Below, piece after piece: positions 34,162 to 44,007 of a DNA stretch of 52,758 nucleotides. Source of the DNA: an uncultured Gammaproteobacteria bacterium (lineage in GTDB: Bacteria > Patescibacteriota > Microgenomatia > Levybacterales > UBA12049); contig CAZZCX010000005.1 of NCBI GenBank assembly GCA_964653195.1, positions 17,829 through 70,586 on the forward strand. Reading direction: 5' to 3'. Position numbers and translations under genes: made by a program. How positions within the stretch are numbered: the first letter of the stretch is position 1; the number at the start of each line of letters is the position of its first letter. The notes beneath the pieces were generated by a model. That model was not told where the DNA came from. It made no database searches and saw only the letters and a list, made by a program, of their open reading frames with translations.

Positions 34162-35784
34162 TTAGATTTCAATAACTTCGCCTCCCATTTGTTTTATGAA
34201 ATATGTATCATGCGAGATATAAAGGATACCGCCTTGATAGTCGCTTAGTGCATTTTCTAATTCCTCAATAGATGGTAGATCCAGATGATTGGTTGGTTCA
34301 TCAAGAATAAGAAGATTTGGTTTATTCGCTAGCATTTTTATTATCTGGAAGCGTGCCTTTTGGCCTCCGGATAAGTCTTCAATTTTTTGCTTGCCGTCTA
34401 TAATTGGATCGAAAAGATATTGAGCCAAAATACCTTTAAGCTTCATGTCCGGAATTGGATTTCCGCATTCTTCATAGATTATTTTTAATGCCTCATTAAG
34501 AGTAAGCTTTAAATATTCTAAACTTATTTCTTGTTCATATGTACCTATTCTCAGACTTACACCAAGTCGAATTTCCCCTGTAAAAATTTTAGCTACTGGT
34601 AATTCTTTTCTATATAAAGAAAGTATAGTTCGTACTATTGTACTTTTACCTGCTCCATTTCGTCCTTTGATAAATACTCTGTCTTCATTTTTTAATGAGA
34701 ATGAAATATTTGAGAAAAGGGGAGTGTCGTATCCCAAAGATAGATTTTTAATAGAAATAAGTTCACTTGCGCGTTGTTTATCCTGATTGAGTGAAATTTT
34801 TATATTTTTTTCTTTAAATTTGTGATATGAATCTGCAACTTTTTTATCCAGATCCATTGAAGAGTCTTGGTCAATCCAAAAAGATGGTTTTACTGTCTCA
34901 GATTTAATTCTTTCATAGTCTTTCAACCAATGATCATAGCGGATTTTCCAGGCTTTACTTTTCGCCCTCATGCGAAGTCCCCAGTCTACGCGTTTTTTAG
35001 CATCTGCTAATTTGTTTAATTGATTCTGGTACTGTTTTACGGAATTAGTCGTTTGAGTCGTGTTTTGTTGGATATAGTGGTCATAATTACCATTAAAAAC
35101 AAATATTTTTTTATCTTTTAATTCAATTATCTTATTAACATGTCTTAATACGTCTCTGTCATGGGTTACGACGACTATACTTTCAGTCACTGTCTGCATC
35201 CAGGAAATAAATTGTTCTTTTCCGATATAATCCATATGATTTGTGGGTTCATCTATAAGTAGAAGATCTGCTTTCGAATACATCATTCTCACAAGTTCTA
35301 CATATCTTTTTTCTCCGCCTGAGAGTGAAAGCAATCGAGTATTTGCTAATTTTTCTGAAATTTGGAAATCTGAGAGTGATGCCAGAATTAGGTCTTTTAT
35401 ATAGTAATACCCATTATGTGTGAAATATTCAACTGCGTGGTTATATAAATTCATGTCACGATGTATTTCTTTTTCAAAATCAACCAGTATCTTTTCAAAT
35501 TCATAATAATGTAAAACGCTTTCCAATATGTATTCCAGAGCAGTTTTTTCGTAATCAGTCAGATGTTCCTGACGAGTGAGTACAGTACGAAGATTTTTTC
35601 GGGTTTCTATCTTACCCCCAAAATCTTTATCAATTCCAGCAAGAATTTTAAGTAATGTTGTCTTTCCCTGGCCATTTCTACCTATGAGCGCTATTTTTTC
35701 ACCTTTTGAAATTGAAAAATTGAGATCTACCAAAAGTGTCTTTGGGCCAATAGATTTAGATATATTCGATGCATTTATTACCAT
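34162..35784 (-). CDS. ABC-F family ATPase (two ABC domains, no TMD)
   Basis: Two Walker A motifs (GRNGQGKTT, GRNGAGKST), two signatures (LSGGEKRY, LSGGQKAR), and Walker B LLLIDEPTNH / LLILDEPTNH. Confidence 0.9.
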   Translation of the reverse strand: MVINASNISKSIGPKTLLVDLNFSISKGEKIALIGRNGQGKTTLLKILAGIDKDFGGKIETRKNLRTVLTRQEHLTDYEKTALEYILESVLHYYEFEKILVDFEKEIHRDMNLYNHAVEYFTHNGYYYIKDLILASLSDFQISEKLANTRLLSLSGGEKRYVELVRMMYSKADLLLIDEPTNHMDYIGKEQFISWMQTVTESIVVVTHDRDVLRHVNKIIELKDKKIFVFNGNYDHYIQQNTTQTTNSVKQYQNQLNKLADAKKRVDWGLRMRAKSKAWKIRYDHWLKDYERIKSETVKPSFWIDQDSSMDLDKKVADSYHKFKEKNIKISLNQDKQRASELISIKNLSLGYDTPLFSNISFSLKNEDRVFIKGRNGAGKSTIVRTILSLYRKELPVAKIFTGEIRLGVSLRIGTYEQEISLEYLKLTLNEALKIIYEECGNPIPDMKLKGILAQYLFDPIIDGKQKIEDLSGGQKARFQIIKMLANKPNLLILDEPTNHLDLPSIEELENALSDYQGGILYISHDTYFIKQMGGEVIEI

Positions 35785-35907
35785 ACAGCCTCAAGTATAT
35801 CATTTTAGCTCTCGAATAAGTATTTTATAATACCAATTTTTAGTTATTCGTCATATAATATTTCTGAGTGAAATCACAGATTTTATATATGAGAGAAGGT
35901 GATTTAG

Positions 35908-36078
35908 ATGAAATGTAACGCAGGGTCAGGAGCTATATACGGATTTGGTACACTGGGAGCATTAGTGTATTTTTTACAGCATGCCACATCATTTGTTGAA
36001 GTAATAATGGGGTTTTTTAAAGCTGTTTTTTGGCCGGGAGTAGTACTTTATAGAGTATTAGAGCTCTTACAGTTATAA
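35908..36078 (+). CDS. 56-aa small membrane protein (missed by the ORF track)
   Basis: SD AAGGTGA is 5 nt upstream of the ATG. Product: MKCNAGSGAIYGFGTLGALVYFLQHATSFVEVIMGFFKAVFWPGVVLYRVLELLQL*. Two hydrophobic helices. Confidence 0.55.
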   Translation: MKCNAGSGAIYGFGTLGALVYFLQHATSFVEVIMGFFKAVFWPGVVLYRVLELLQL

Positions 36079-36227
36079 GACATTTATTGACCAACTGTAA
36101 CTTGTAAAAAAAGCTTATTGAAAAGATACTTGCTGATGTAAAGTTATTATTGTACCGATACAATAATTTGAGGCTGTTCTTGTATATCTTATTTTGAGAA
36201 ATAACATTTCTACATAAAGTATATAAT

Positions 36228-37025
36228 TTAGTGATAATACACTCCAGCGACGTAACTTGTTCCGCGTGTTCGGGGATCGCTGAGGAAATAACCACTATGC
36301 GTAGAGTCCCATAACTCCCATCGGGCGATATTTTTACTTTGCATTACATGAAGCCAAAGTGAAATACCGTTTGGTGAATCTAGGTGTTTATCGGTAAATG
36401 AAAGCAATGTTTTCAAGTCAAATTTTTGGATCGCGGAAATTGTTTCTGTATTGTTTCTGATACCTTCTTCGATTGTAGAATCATGAGAAAAATCTACACT
36501 GGCTATATATAATGTATCTTTAGGAAATAGTGAAGAAAGTGAGTCAGAAAATTTTCTTGTTTCACTAAGGGTAGTTAACGGTGAAACTAGAATTGGTACG
36601 ATAGAAGCATCGGGGAAATTTTCCTTAATATATGGTAAGTGAATCATGATTGCATGATCTTTTTGTATTATATCTTTGCTGACATGTAAATCAGGAACTA
36701 TTTGTATTAATTTATTCATACTTTCAGATATTTTTACATCTGTAAAAAGTGTTGTAGTTGTTGTAAAAAATCCGCTATTTGGTGAGAAATGGTTAGGACC
36801 GATAATAACGATTGTAGAATATTTTGCCTGAGCAGCCAATTTTTTATAAGACGTATCTAAAAGTGATGCAGCAACGTCATGATGGGGGAGTATAATTCCT
36901 GCTACTTGTTTCTCAATTTTTGTGGAAGCACCTTTAATATCAGTATAACGACGTTTGTATATTGACACTGTACCAAAAAGAAAAAGTAGCGCGAATAAGA
37001 ATATAAGTAGTTTTCGATTTCTCAT
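36228..37025 (-). CDS. Memo-like / AmmeMemoRadiSam system protein B-like, membrane anchored
   Basis: GIILPHHDVA, VIIGPNHF, DHAIMIHLPYI and ASVDFSHD follow the Memo family metal-site pattern. Confidence 0.6.
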   Translation of the reverse strand: MRNRKLLIFLFALLFLFGTVSIYKRRYTDIKGASTKIEKQVAGIILPHHDVAASLLDTSYKKLAAQAKYSTIVIIGPNHFSPNSGFFTTTTTLFTDVKISESMNKLIQIVPDLHVSKDIIQKDHAIMIHLPYIKENFPDASIVPILVSPLTTLSETRKFSDSLSSLFPKDTLYIASVDFSHDSTIEEGIRNNTETISAIQKFDLKTLLSFTDKHLDSPNGISLWLHVMQSKNIARWELWDSTHSGYFLSDPRTRGTSYVAGVYYH

Positions 37026-37030
37026 TTTGT

Positions 37031-40000
37031 TTACTTACTTGTGAATGATAACAAATCTGTATAAGTTAAAACAGATAGATCAAGATTAGATTGCATTAGC
37101 GCAGGTTCCTCTTTAAATGTTCCTGAACCAGCTACTCTAGCATAGTAAACCAGATTTTTGTCATTATATTTAAGCCACCCGGGATCGTTGAATATTGAAA
37201 ATACTATTTTATTATTTTGTGCACTTTGAACCCAGTCATCGGTTTGATATGCATAATATGCAGGATTCTCGACATATACCAATCCCGATGGTAGGATATC
37301 AGTGATTGTGTATTGTCCACGAGGGCTATCATTACTCGCGAAGTTGAAAGATAATTTCACCCGTACGATATCGCCAGGTTTAAAAGATGTACTTTTATCA
37401 GTCAAATTGGTATATGTTTTATCGAGCGTAAGTCTTTTGTCTTTAGAAAAGGATTTGAATGCATTTACACCTAGTGAATAAGTCAACATGACATCTGCTT
37501 TTCCTTTTTGAACAGAAAGCCTGAAATTATTAAGTTCTTCATTTGATAGTCTTAAATTCCATGCAGTCTGATTTTCAAATTTTTTCTGAATGGTACGAAC
37601 GTTTGAAGTATACGTCATTTCAGTAAATTCTTTTGGTAGTTTGGCCAATTGATTTTCTATATACTTAATTTCTGCCAAATCTAGTACGATATCCTGTGTA
37701 TCATATTTAAAATCGCGAACATAAAGATATAAGCCTTCGTTATATTCCGGCTCAACAAGTGCCCCTAGTAAGAGTACTAGACTGGAATTTTTGATTAATT
37801 CATCTACTGTCGCTTTTTCAAATTGAATTCTTATATAGGGCTTACTAATATAAGCGTATTCCGCCAAAATATCATAATAAAGATTTCTAGCAGTTTCTGT
37901 ATCTCCATTTTGTGCAAGTGCAATTCCCGAGATAGTTTTTTCCATAATTGTGACTGATTCATTTGCATACTGACGTAATACATTAAGCATCGGTTTACCG
38001 ATGCTTTGCAAGCCCCATGCTGCGTATATTTTTCTAAGCCTATCGTTAGGTGTATTTTGTAGTTCTCTTTCAAAGTAACTAAGCATTCTTTCACGATTAA
38101 AAATCTCTGGATTTACAGATGCCGCCCATGCAGATACAGGAAGATCATCTCCGCCCCATTGCACAAGGCTTATCCCACCGTTTTCAGTTTGAAATTTCTG
38201 AAGTGATTCTGTTGCATCGGCACAATCTGTTTCTTTATACAAATCTACAAGAATTTGTTTTGCTTTTAATTGACTAAGCTTTTTCTCAATTCTATTACTG
38301 CTTCCGTAACAGCGATATACTAAGTCGTAGTAATAAATACCTTTTCCTGAGTCAGTGATATAAAGGTTTACGGGTTTATCTTTTAGGATATTACTAAGAT
38401 CGGGAGCTTTAAGTGTCGATCCATTTTGCATAGAAGTCTTATTTTGTTTTTCAAATGAAAATCTGCTTGAAATTACAGAGTAGGGAAGTGAGACAGCATC
38501 TTTTTTGTTACCTGTCGATCCATGTAATGCAAGCGAATATACACCTGTAGACAATTTAGGAAATTCAAATAAAACTGGCTCATATGCTTTTGCCTTTTTT
38601 TCCGACTTATAAAGAACTGTTTTATCCTTTCTAAATTCTGCTGAATATGTGATATTTGATGAGTTATTTAATGCAGTTCCATATGACCGACTGGTTAATT
38701 TGGGCTTATCAGCTGTGAGCACTTCAGACATAAATGCAGGGAATACAAAAAAATCTTTCGTTGTAATCATACTCGTCCGTGTATGTCCCGCTTCAAATTT
38801 ATCGTTATATGCTTGGGCAAAGACAATCCAGGAGGTTATATTATCGGGTAGCTTAACTCGAAATACTGTCTTGCCTTCAGCATTTGTTCTAGCTTGGCTG
38901 AAGTACGCTGTGTCTTTAAAGATATTGCGTTCTTCTCCTCCTCCGCCACCGCCTTTTTCTGCACCACTTTCATCCGGGAATAGGGATTGATGGGAATAAT
39001 AACTAAAATAGATTCCTGAATCTATATATTTATAAAGTGACGATAGAGGTGATGGTAAATTTACTCCACCAATTGCTTCCATTGCTTCATCTACAAGTAC
39101 CAGTTGTACTTGTGTGTCACTGGCCAATTGCCCATCTTTATTTTTTACAGTTACAGTTATTTCAGCATCATCTCCGGGCAGGTAATTTGTTTTGTCAAAG
39201 CTTAAATCAAATTGGAGATTTTTATCCTCTTGTTTATATGCAAAGTTTATTGAAGGAAGCGAATAATCATTGTAATAAGAACCATATACACAACGCCATT
39301 CCCACAAACACGATGATCGGGCAAGGGTGTAACCTTTGCCTGTAAATATAACAGCGCTAGCAAAACTATTCGGGAGATGATTTGTCGAAAAAGCAAAAGT
39401 TAACTGAGGTGATTCGCTTACAATTGCTTCCTGCATTCCACGAGCGGAAATAAGGAAAAGAAAATTATTTTCTTTCGTATCGGTGTAGAGTTTATCTCCT
39501 AATTGTATTTTTAGCTGAACGTCTTCATTTAGTCCATACAAATTATCTTTTTTATTCAGCAGTAATTCTGGGAATTCTCTATCCGTTATATTATCTTCAT
39601 GTCGGTTATAAGCATAAAAATATTCTGTTATTTCTTGTTTGTGACCATCAGAGTCTGTGACAGTTAATGTTGCGCGGTATGATTTGTCCGGTTCAAGTGC
39701 GAACTTATGATGAAATTTCCCTGTATCATCTGCTGTAAGGGTAGTTTTTAGAATCTGTTCCTCATTACGTTTATAATCATATTTAGGCTTTGTAATCTTT
39801 TCGATAAAATCATAAAAGGTACCGGAAGGAGTTTTTGTATACCAGTATTTATATATGTTTAATTCGCCTTTTTGTCCTGCAGCTGGTTTTCCGGTATATC
39901 CCTGGTCAGGATTTTTATTATATTTATCCAAATCTATATTATTTGCCTGAACCTGAAAATTCGCCTGTGTACTTTCCTGGTTGGAGTTAGAGTCTAGGAT

Positions 40001-42139
40001 GACGCGATTGTTGAATGAAAGGACGCAGCCATTGCCTTCTATAGTTTTTTCAACCGCTGCAGCAGGCGTAAAAGTAGCACAAGCATAATAATATAATGAG
40101 TAAGGATCATACGCTGGTTTTAGCGTATAATCTAGCTCTCCTTGATTATTGGTTTTTAGCTCGCCAGGATTTGCTCCATATCTCTCAAAAGTTTTTAAGG
40201 AAATATTTGAAACCGGGGTGTTATCATAGAAGGCAACCTGAGCTTTAAAATTTATAGATTCTCCAGAAAATACTGCTTTTTTCGCACTGGTGACATTTAT
40301 TTTTATGTCGGGTTTGGTGTAATTCTCTATCGAGAAACCTGAAGAGATCACGTTTATTCCGTCAGCTTGGACGCGTAAGTTGTACCAGCTAGGTGGAAGA
40401 TTTGTATATGAAATAGAACCGATGAATGTCCCGTCTGCTTCTGGATTAATATCTATACTTTTTAGATCGTTTTCATAAGATTCGCCGGTCTCATAATAAT
40501 ATCTGGAATTACTTATTGATACTTTTATCCTTGAGGGTGAACTATTCGTATCTCGCTCTTTCACAATACCCCAAAAATAAATTGTATCATCAGGTTTATA
40601 AAGTGTGCGTTCGTGATAGAGGTAAGTCCAGTAATCTTCCTTGGTTTTTTTTGCTTGCTGACCACTTGTATAAAAAGGAATATACAATTCTTTTTCATCT
40701 TTTATCAATTTGATATATGTTCCAGGTTGGTTTAGTGCAGTCTGCGGAGTGTCAAATATATTTATTCCTTGGTCATTAGTTACGCCAAGATTTCCCACTC
40801 CTTCAGCTTGTACAGTGACATTTGCTTGAGGTTTACCGTCATCAAGAGAATTGGTCCACACTGTAGATTTTTTCGTTCCCCCGGCTAGAAATCCTGATAA
40901 ATTTGTTGACTGCAGCCATACATATTCTTTATGTTTTTTTTCACCATATTCGATCTGTACGAGATAGAACCCCGCTGGTAACGTAGTAGGTAAACGAATA
41001 AATTTGACATCATTTTGTGATTCAATAGCTAAATCAGCCTTAGATAATAATGAAAGTTTTGTGAGGTCTATTGATACGTTCTCAGGATAATAAGAATACC
41101 AGCTTCGATAGCTTTCGTCTGGTACTTTTCTTGAATTTATGAAACTTCCGCTGTCAGGAAACTGATAGATATTGGCTTTTACTTTACTACCGTCCCAGTC
41201 GTATGTATAGACTTTAAATTCCGCTTTTTCGTTTGTAGCTATTTGTTGCAGATTTTTCGTTATAGTAAGGTAAGGTTTATTAGTTTGTTTTTTCTCAACT
41301 TCAGTTTGAAAGGAGAATTTAAAATCTTCAGCTAGTGGATCATTTCGTGATTTTAGATTCAAGCCTTTTTTCAATGTGACTGTATACAGTGTTGCCTCGG
41401 TAAGTTTATTATTTGGTACTATTGCAAGTGTCTCTGCGTGGTATTCAAGTCTATAATCTAATTTTGGGGATATTGAAATAAAATTATTTGCGTTCTGAAA
41501 ACCATCTTGGCTGAATGTAATTTCAATTCCGGTATTGGTTGGTACATTGGTTTTTTTATTTCCCGGTATGCTACTCACGACACGAAATTTCCCTTGAGTC
41601 TGAAAAGCCCAACCATAATCACGATCGAAGCTCTCTTTACTGATTTTATCGTTCTTAGTCAAAAGTTTAATTTCATAAAGTGAATCAGTAGCTATTGGAC
41701 TATCTGGAGTAAGTGTATAAGTAGTGTTATCTACTTTTTTTATCGTTACAGGTGAAGTGGTTTTTAAATTTTTTCTGAGAAAATCTTCAGGGATGGCATT
41801 CTGCGTTTTCAGAATAAATTCTTCACTTGGCAGTATGCCGTATTTATTTGTCGTTTTTGCTTTAAGTGTAAAAAAAGTTGGTTTTCTTTGACTAATAACT
41901 AATTTCTCATAATTACCCTGATCTAGAGGAAGTTGATTATTGGATTGTGGCTGATTTGGATTCTGTATCTGTAGAAGAATTCTAATCAAAAGGAGAAAAA
42001 GTAAAATAATTATAAAGACTAAAGAAGAAATAAAAATAAACTTTTGTTTTTTAGTGATTGAATTCCATTTCGAAATTAATCTATCTTTCAATGATAGTGG
42101 CTGATGAGGAGATTGAACGGTTGAAGGAGACTCATCCAT
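37031..42139 (-). CDS. Alpha-2-macroglobulin family protein (about 1,700 aa), thioester-less, membrane anchored
   Basis: N-terminal TM segment and serial Ig-like MG domains. The A2M domain signature is ERNIFKDTAYFSQARTNAEGKTVFRVKLPDNITSWIVFAQAY. No CxEQ thioester motif anywhere. Start trimmed to ATG 42139. Confidence 0.8.
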   Translation of the reverse strand: MDESPSTVQSPHQPLSLKDRLISKWNSITKKQKFIFISSLVFIIILLFLLLIRILLQIQNPNQPQSNNQLPLDQGNYEKLVISQRKPTFFTLKAKTTNKYGILPSEEFILKTQNAIPEDFLRKNLKTTSPVTIKKVDNTTYTLTPDSPIATDSLYEIKLLTKNDKISKESFDRDYGWAFQTQGKFRVVSSIPGNKKTNVPTNTGIEITFSQDGFQNANNFISISPKLDYRLEYHAETLAIVPNNKLTEATLYTVTLKKGLNLKSRNDPLAEDFKFSFQTEVEKKQTNKPYLTITKNLQQIATNEKAEFKVYTYDWDGSKVKANIYQFPDSGSFINSRKVPDESYRSWYSYYPENVSIDLTKLSLLSKADLAIESQNDVKFIRLPTTLPAGFYLVQIEYGEKKHKEYVWLQSTNLSGFLAGGTKKSTVWTNSLDDGKPQANVTVQAEGVGNLGVTNDQGINIFDTPQTALNQPGTYIKLIKDEKELYIPFYTSGQQAKKTKEDYWTYLYHERTLYKPDDTIYFWGIVKERDTNSSPSRIKVSISNSRYYYETGESYENDLKSIDINPEADGTFIGSISYTNLPPSWYNLRVQADGINVISSGFSIENYTKPDIKINVTSAKKAVFSGESINFKAQVAFYDNTPVSNISLKTFERYGANPGELKTNNQGELDYTLKPAYDPYSLYYYACATFTPAAAVEKTIEGNGCVLSFNNRVILDSNSNQESTQANFQVQANNIDLDKYNKNPDQGYTGKPAAGQKGELNIYKYWYTKTPSGTFYDFIEKITKPKYDYKRNEEQILKTTLTADDTGKFHHKFALEPDKSYRATLTVTDSDGHKQEITEYFYAYNRHEDNITDREFPELLLNKKDNLYGLNEDVQLKIQLGDKLYTDTKENNFLFLISARGMQEAIVSESPQLTFAFSTNHLPNSFASAVIFTGKGYTLARSSCLWEWRCVYGSYYNDYSLPSINFAYKQEDKNLQFDLSFDKTNYLPGDDAEITVTVKNKDGQLASDTQVQLVLVDEAMEAIGGVNLPSPLSSLYKYIDSGIYFSYYSHQSLFPDESGAEKGGGGGGEERNIFKDTAYFSQARTNAEGKTVFRVKLPDNITSWIVFAQAYNDKFEAGHTRTSMITTKDFFVFPAFMSEVLTADKPKLTSRSYGTALNNSSNITYSAEFRKDKTVLYKSEKKAKAYEPVLFEFPKLSTGVYSLALHGSTGNKKDAVSLPYSVISSRFSFEKQNKTSMQNGSTLKAPDLSNILKDKPVNLYITDSGKGIYYYDLVYRCYGSSNRIEKKLSQLKAKQILVDLYKETDCADATESLQKFQTENGGISLVQWGGDDLPVSAWAASVNPEIFNRERMLSYFERELQNTPNDRLRKIYAAWGLQSIGKPMLNVLRQYANESVTIMEKTISGIALAQNGDTETARNLYYDILAEYAYISKPYIRIQFEKATVDELIKNSSLVLLLGALVEPEYNEGLYLYVRDFKYDTQDIVLDLAEIKYIENQLAKLPKEFTEMTYTSNVRTIQKKFENQTAWNLRLSNEELNNFRLSVQKGKADVMLTYSLGVNAFKSFSKDKRLTLDKTYTNLTDKSTSFKPGDIVRVKLSFNFASNDSPRGQYTITDILPSGLVYVENPAYYAYQTDDWVQSAQNNKIVFSIFNDPGWLKYNDKNLVYYARVAGSGTFKEEPALMQSNLDLSVLTYTDLLSFTSK

Positions 42140-42248
42140 AGCGAATAATATATTCAGTATGGCAATGCTTAAAGCTGTAGTCAATAGCAAAAAGCTTGGC
42201 AAAAAAATTTGTTACTTGTTTAATTATTTATTCAAGATTATAGGGAAG

Positions 42249-42257
42249 TGGTATAAT
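42249..42257 (+). promoter_or_regulatory. Extended -10 promoter of ychF (leaderless)
   Basis: TGgTATAAT (42249-42257). The A of ATG 42264 is 7 nt after the -10. Confidence 0.5.
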
Positions 42258-42263
42258 CATTTC

Positions 42264-43358
42264 ATGAATATTTCTTGCGGGATAGTTGGATTACCAAATG
42301 TAGGTAAATCGACATTATTTAATGCTCTTCTGAAAAAACAGCAGGCACTTGCTGCGAATTATCCTTTTGCGACAATTGAGCCAAACATTGGGGTAGTTCC
42401 GGTTCCGGATTATCGCTTAAACCAAATAGCTGAAATTACAAAACAGGAAGAAAAGATGACGAATCTTCCACCACTAAAACCAGCCACGGTCGAATTCGTA
42501 GATATAGCAGGGCTCGTGAAAGGTGCAAGTGAGGGGGCAGGCCTCGGGAACAAATTTCTTTCGCATATACGTGAGGTATCAGTAATAACACACGTCATAC
42601 GAAGTTTTACTGACGATAATATTATAAGAGAAGGAAGTAGTGATCCTGAGTCAGATTATGCGGTTATACAAATGGAGTTACTTCTGGCGGATTTACAGAC
42701 TGCGACTTCTCATGAACAAAAAACAAAAAATAAAGCAGAAAAAGAACTTTTTCAAAGAATTCAAAGCGATTTAAATGCGGGAATTCCTGTACGTGACATG
42801 CGTTTTCGTGATGATGAGGAAGAAAGAGTCCGGCAGGTATTCTTTTTGACTTACAAACCTGAAATGCTTGTTCTTAACGTTTCAGAAGATGATTATACAG
42901 AGAAAAAAAGTGCCATATTAATTCAAAGATATGCGAATTTACTTCAACTTGCGCCAGATAAGATAGTTGTCATTTGTGCGAAAATTGAAGAAGAATTAGC
43001 TGTACTTACAGATGAGGAACAGGCTATTTTCCTCAAAGAACTGGGTATTGAAGCTTCTGGTCTTTCGCAATTGATCCGCAAAGCTTATCTGAAATTGGGC
43101 TTAATTTCATTTCTGACTGCGGGGGAGAAAGAGGTGAGGGCATGGACTATAAAAAAGGGAACCAGTGCACAGTTTGCAGCAGGAGAAATTCATACAGATT
43201 TTATAAAAAAATTCATAAAAGCCGAAGTCGTATCCTTTTCAGATTTTGTGGCACATAAAGGATGGAAGGGTAGTCGGGATTTAGGAAAAGCGCGATTAGA
43301 AGGAAGAGATTATGTGATACAAGATGGAGATGTCGTGGATTTTAAGATCGGTGCTTGA
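42264..43358 (+). CDS. ychF: Ribosome-binding ATPase YchF
   Basis: MNISCGIVGLPNVGKSTLFNAL, the DIAGLVKGAS G3 region, and a TGS-like C-terminus. Confidence 0.9.
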   Translation: MNISCGIVGLPNVGKSTLFNALLKKQQALAANYPFATIEPNIGVVPVPDYRLNQIAEITKQEEKMTNLPPLKPATVEFVDIAGLVKGASEGAGLGNKFLSHIREVSVITHVIRSFTDDNIIREGSSDPESDYAVIQMELLLADLQTATSHEQKTKNKAEKELFQRIQSDLNAGIPVRDMRFRDDEEERVRQVFFLTYKPEMLVLNVSEDDYTEKKSAILIQRYANLLQLAPDKIVVICAKIEEELAVLTDEEQAIFLKELGIEASGLSQLIRKAYLKLGLISFLTAGEKEVRAWTIKKGTSAQFAAGEIHTDFIKKFIKAEVVSFSDFVAHKGWKGSRDLGKARLEGRDYVIQDGDVVDFKIGA

Positions 43359-43413
43359 TGGAGACCTGCCTGCCGGCAGGCAGGTGTCGTGGATTTTAAG
43401 ATCGGTGCTTGAT
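43331..43413 (+). repeat. 29-bp direct duplication of the ychF 3' end flanking a perfect 22-nt palindrome
   Basis: TGTCGTGGATTTTAAGATCGGTGCTTGAT occurs at 43331-43359 and again at 43385-43413. The palindrome ACCTGCCTGCCGGCAGGCAGGT lies between them at 43364-43385. Confidence 0.9.
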
Positions 43414-43585
43414 CTTCAGGTGTCTACTTAGTGCGCCCCCGGTGTGTGTAATTCGCAATATCTCTCAATTTCTTCGTAAATGTTATTAACTATATCTTAT
43501 AGTAGTCAAAAGTGATATAATGCTTACTTACTCGTATTAATTAGTTTTAAGCAGATATACGAGTATAGATCACAATATTTATAAT

Positions 43586-43942
43586 ATGGTATCAGGTAGA
43601 GAATCAGAACAAGGAATATTCGGTGGGTATACGCAAGCTGCTCTTCAACAGCAAGGAATAGCAAGGGATCTTCCCGGAGCTAGGTTTCATCGTAAGTATA
43701 TAAAACCAGGAGGAGGGCGTAGATACACTCAAGATGTTTTGTCAGCAGACGTAATTAAAAAGGAGCATTTAAAAGACGATGGTTTTATTGAAGATGGTAC
43801 GGTAGTCGGTGTTACTGCGAATAGGACTGAACTTACCCATTATGATGTACAACCAGAAGGCGATAGTTGGATATATGTCAGAGATATGGATGGTTTACCT
43901 GTATTTAGAAAGAAAGCGTTACAAAAACGTGACTGGCGATAA
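43586..43942 (+). CDS. Orphan small protein (118 aa), paralog of 47521-47928
   Basis: Shares the blocks LPgARFHrKY..GG, FIeDGTVV and GLPV with the 135-aa protein. Confidence 0.6.
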   Translation: MVSGRESEQGIFGGYTQAALQQQGIARDLPGARFHRKYIKPGGGRRYTQDVLSADVIKKEHLKDDGFIEDGTVVGVTANRTELTHYDVQPEGDSWIYVRDMDGLPVFRKKALQKRDWR

Positions 43943-44007
43943 GAAAATTATACTAAAATTTTAGTTTCAGATATTCTGGCAAAAATGTCATGTCTAGAAA
44001 ATTATAA

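Noticed and set aside
36017-36295. 92-aa minus-strand ORF between the ABC-F and Memo-like genes
   Set aside because: It overlaps the 3' end of the Memo-like CDS and the SD-led 56-aa plus-strand ORF. The product is low-complexity and there are no start signals.
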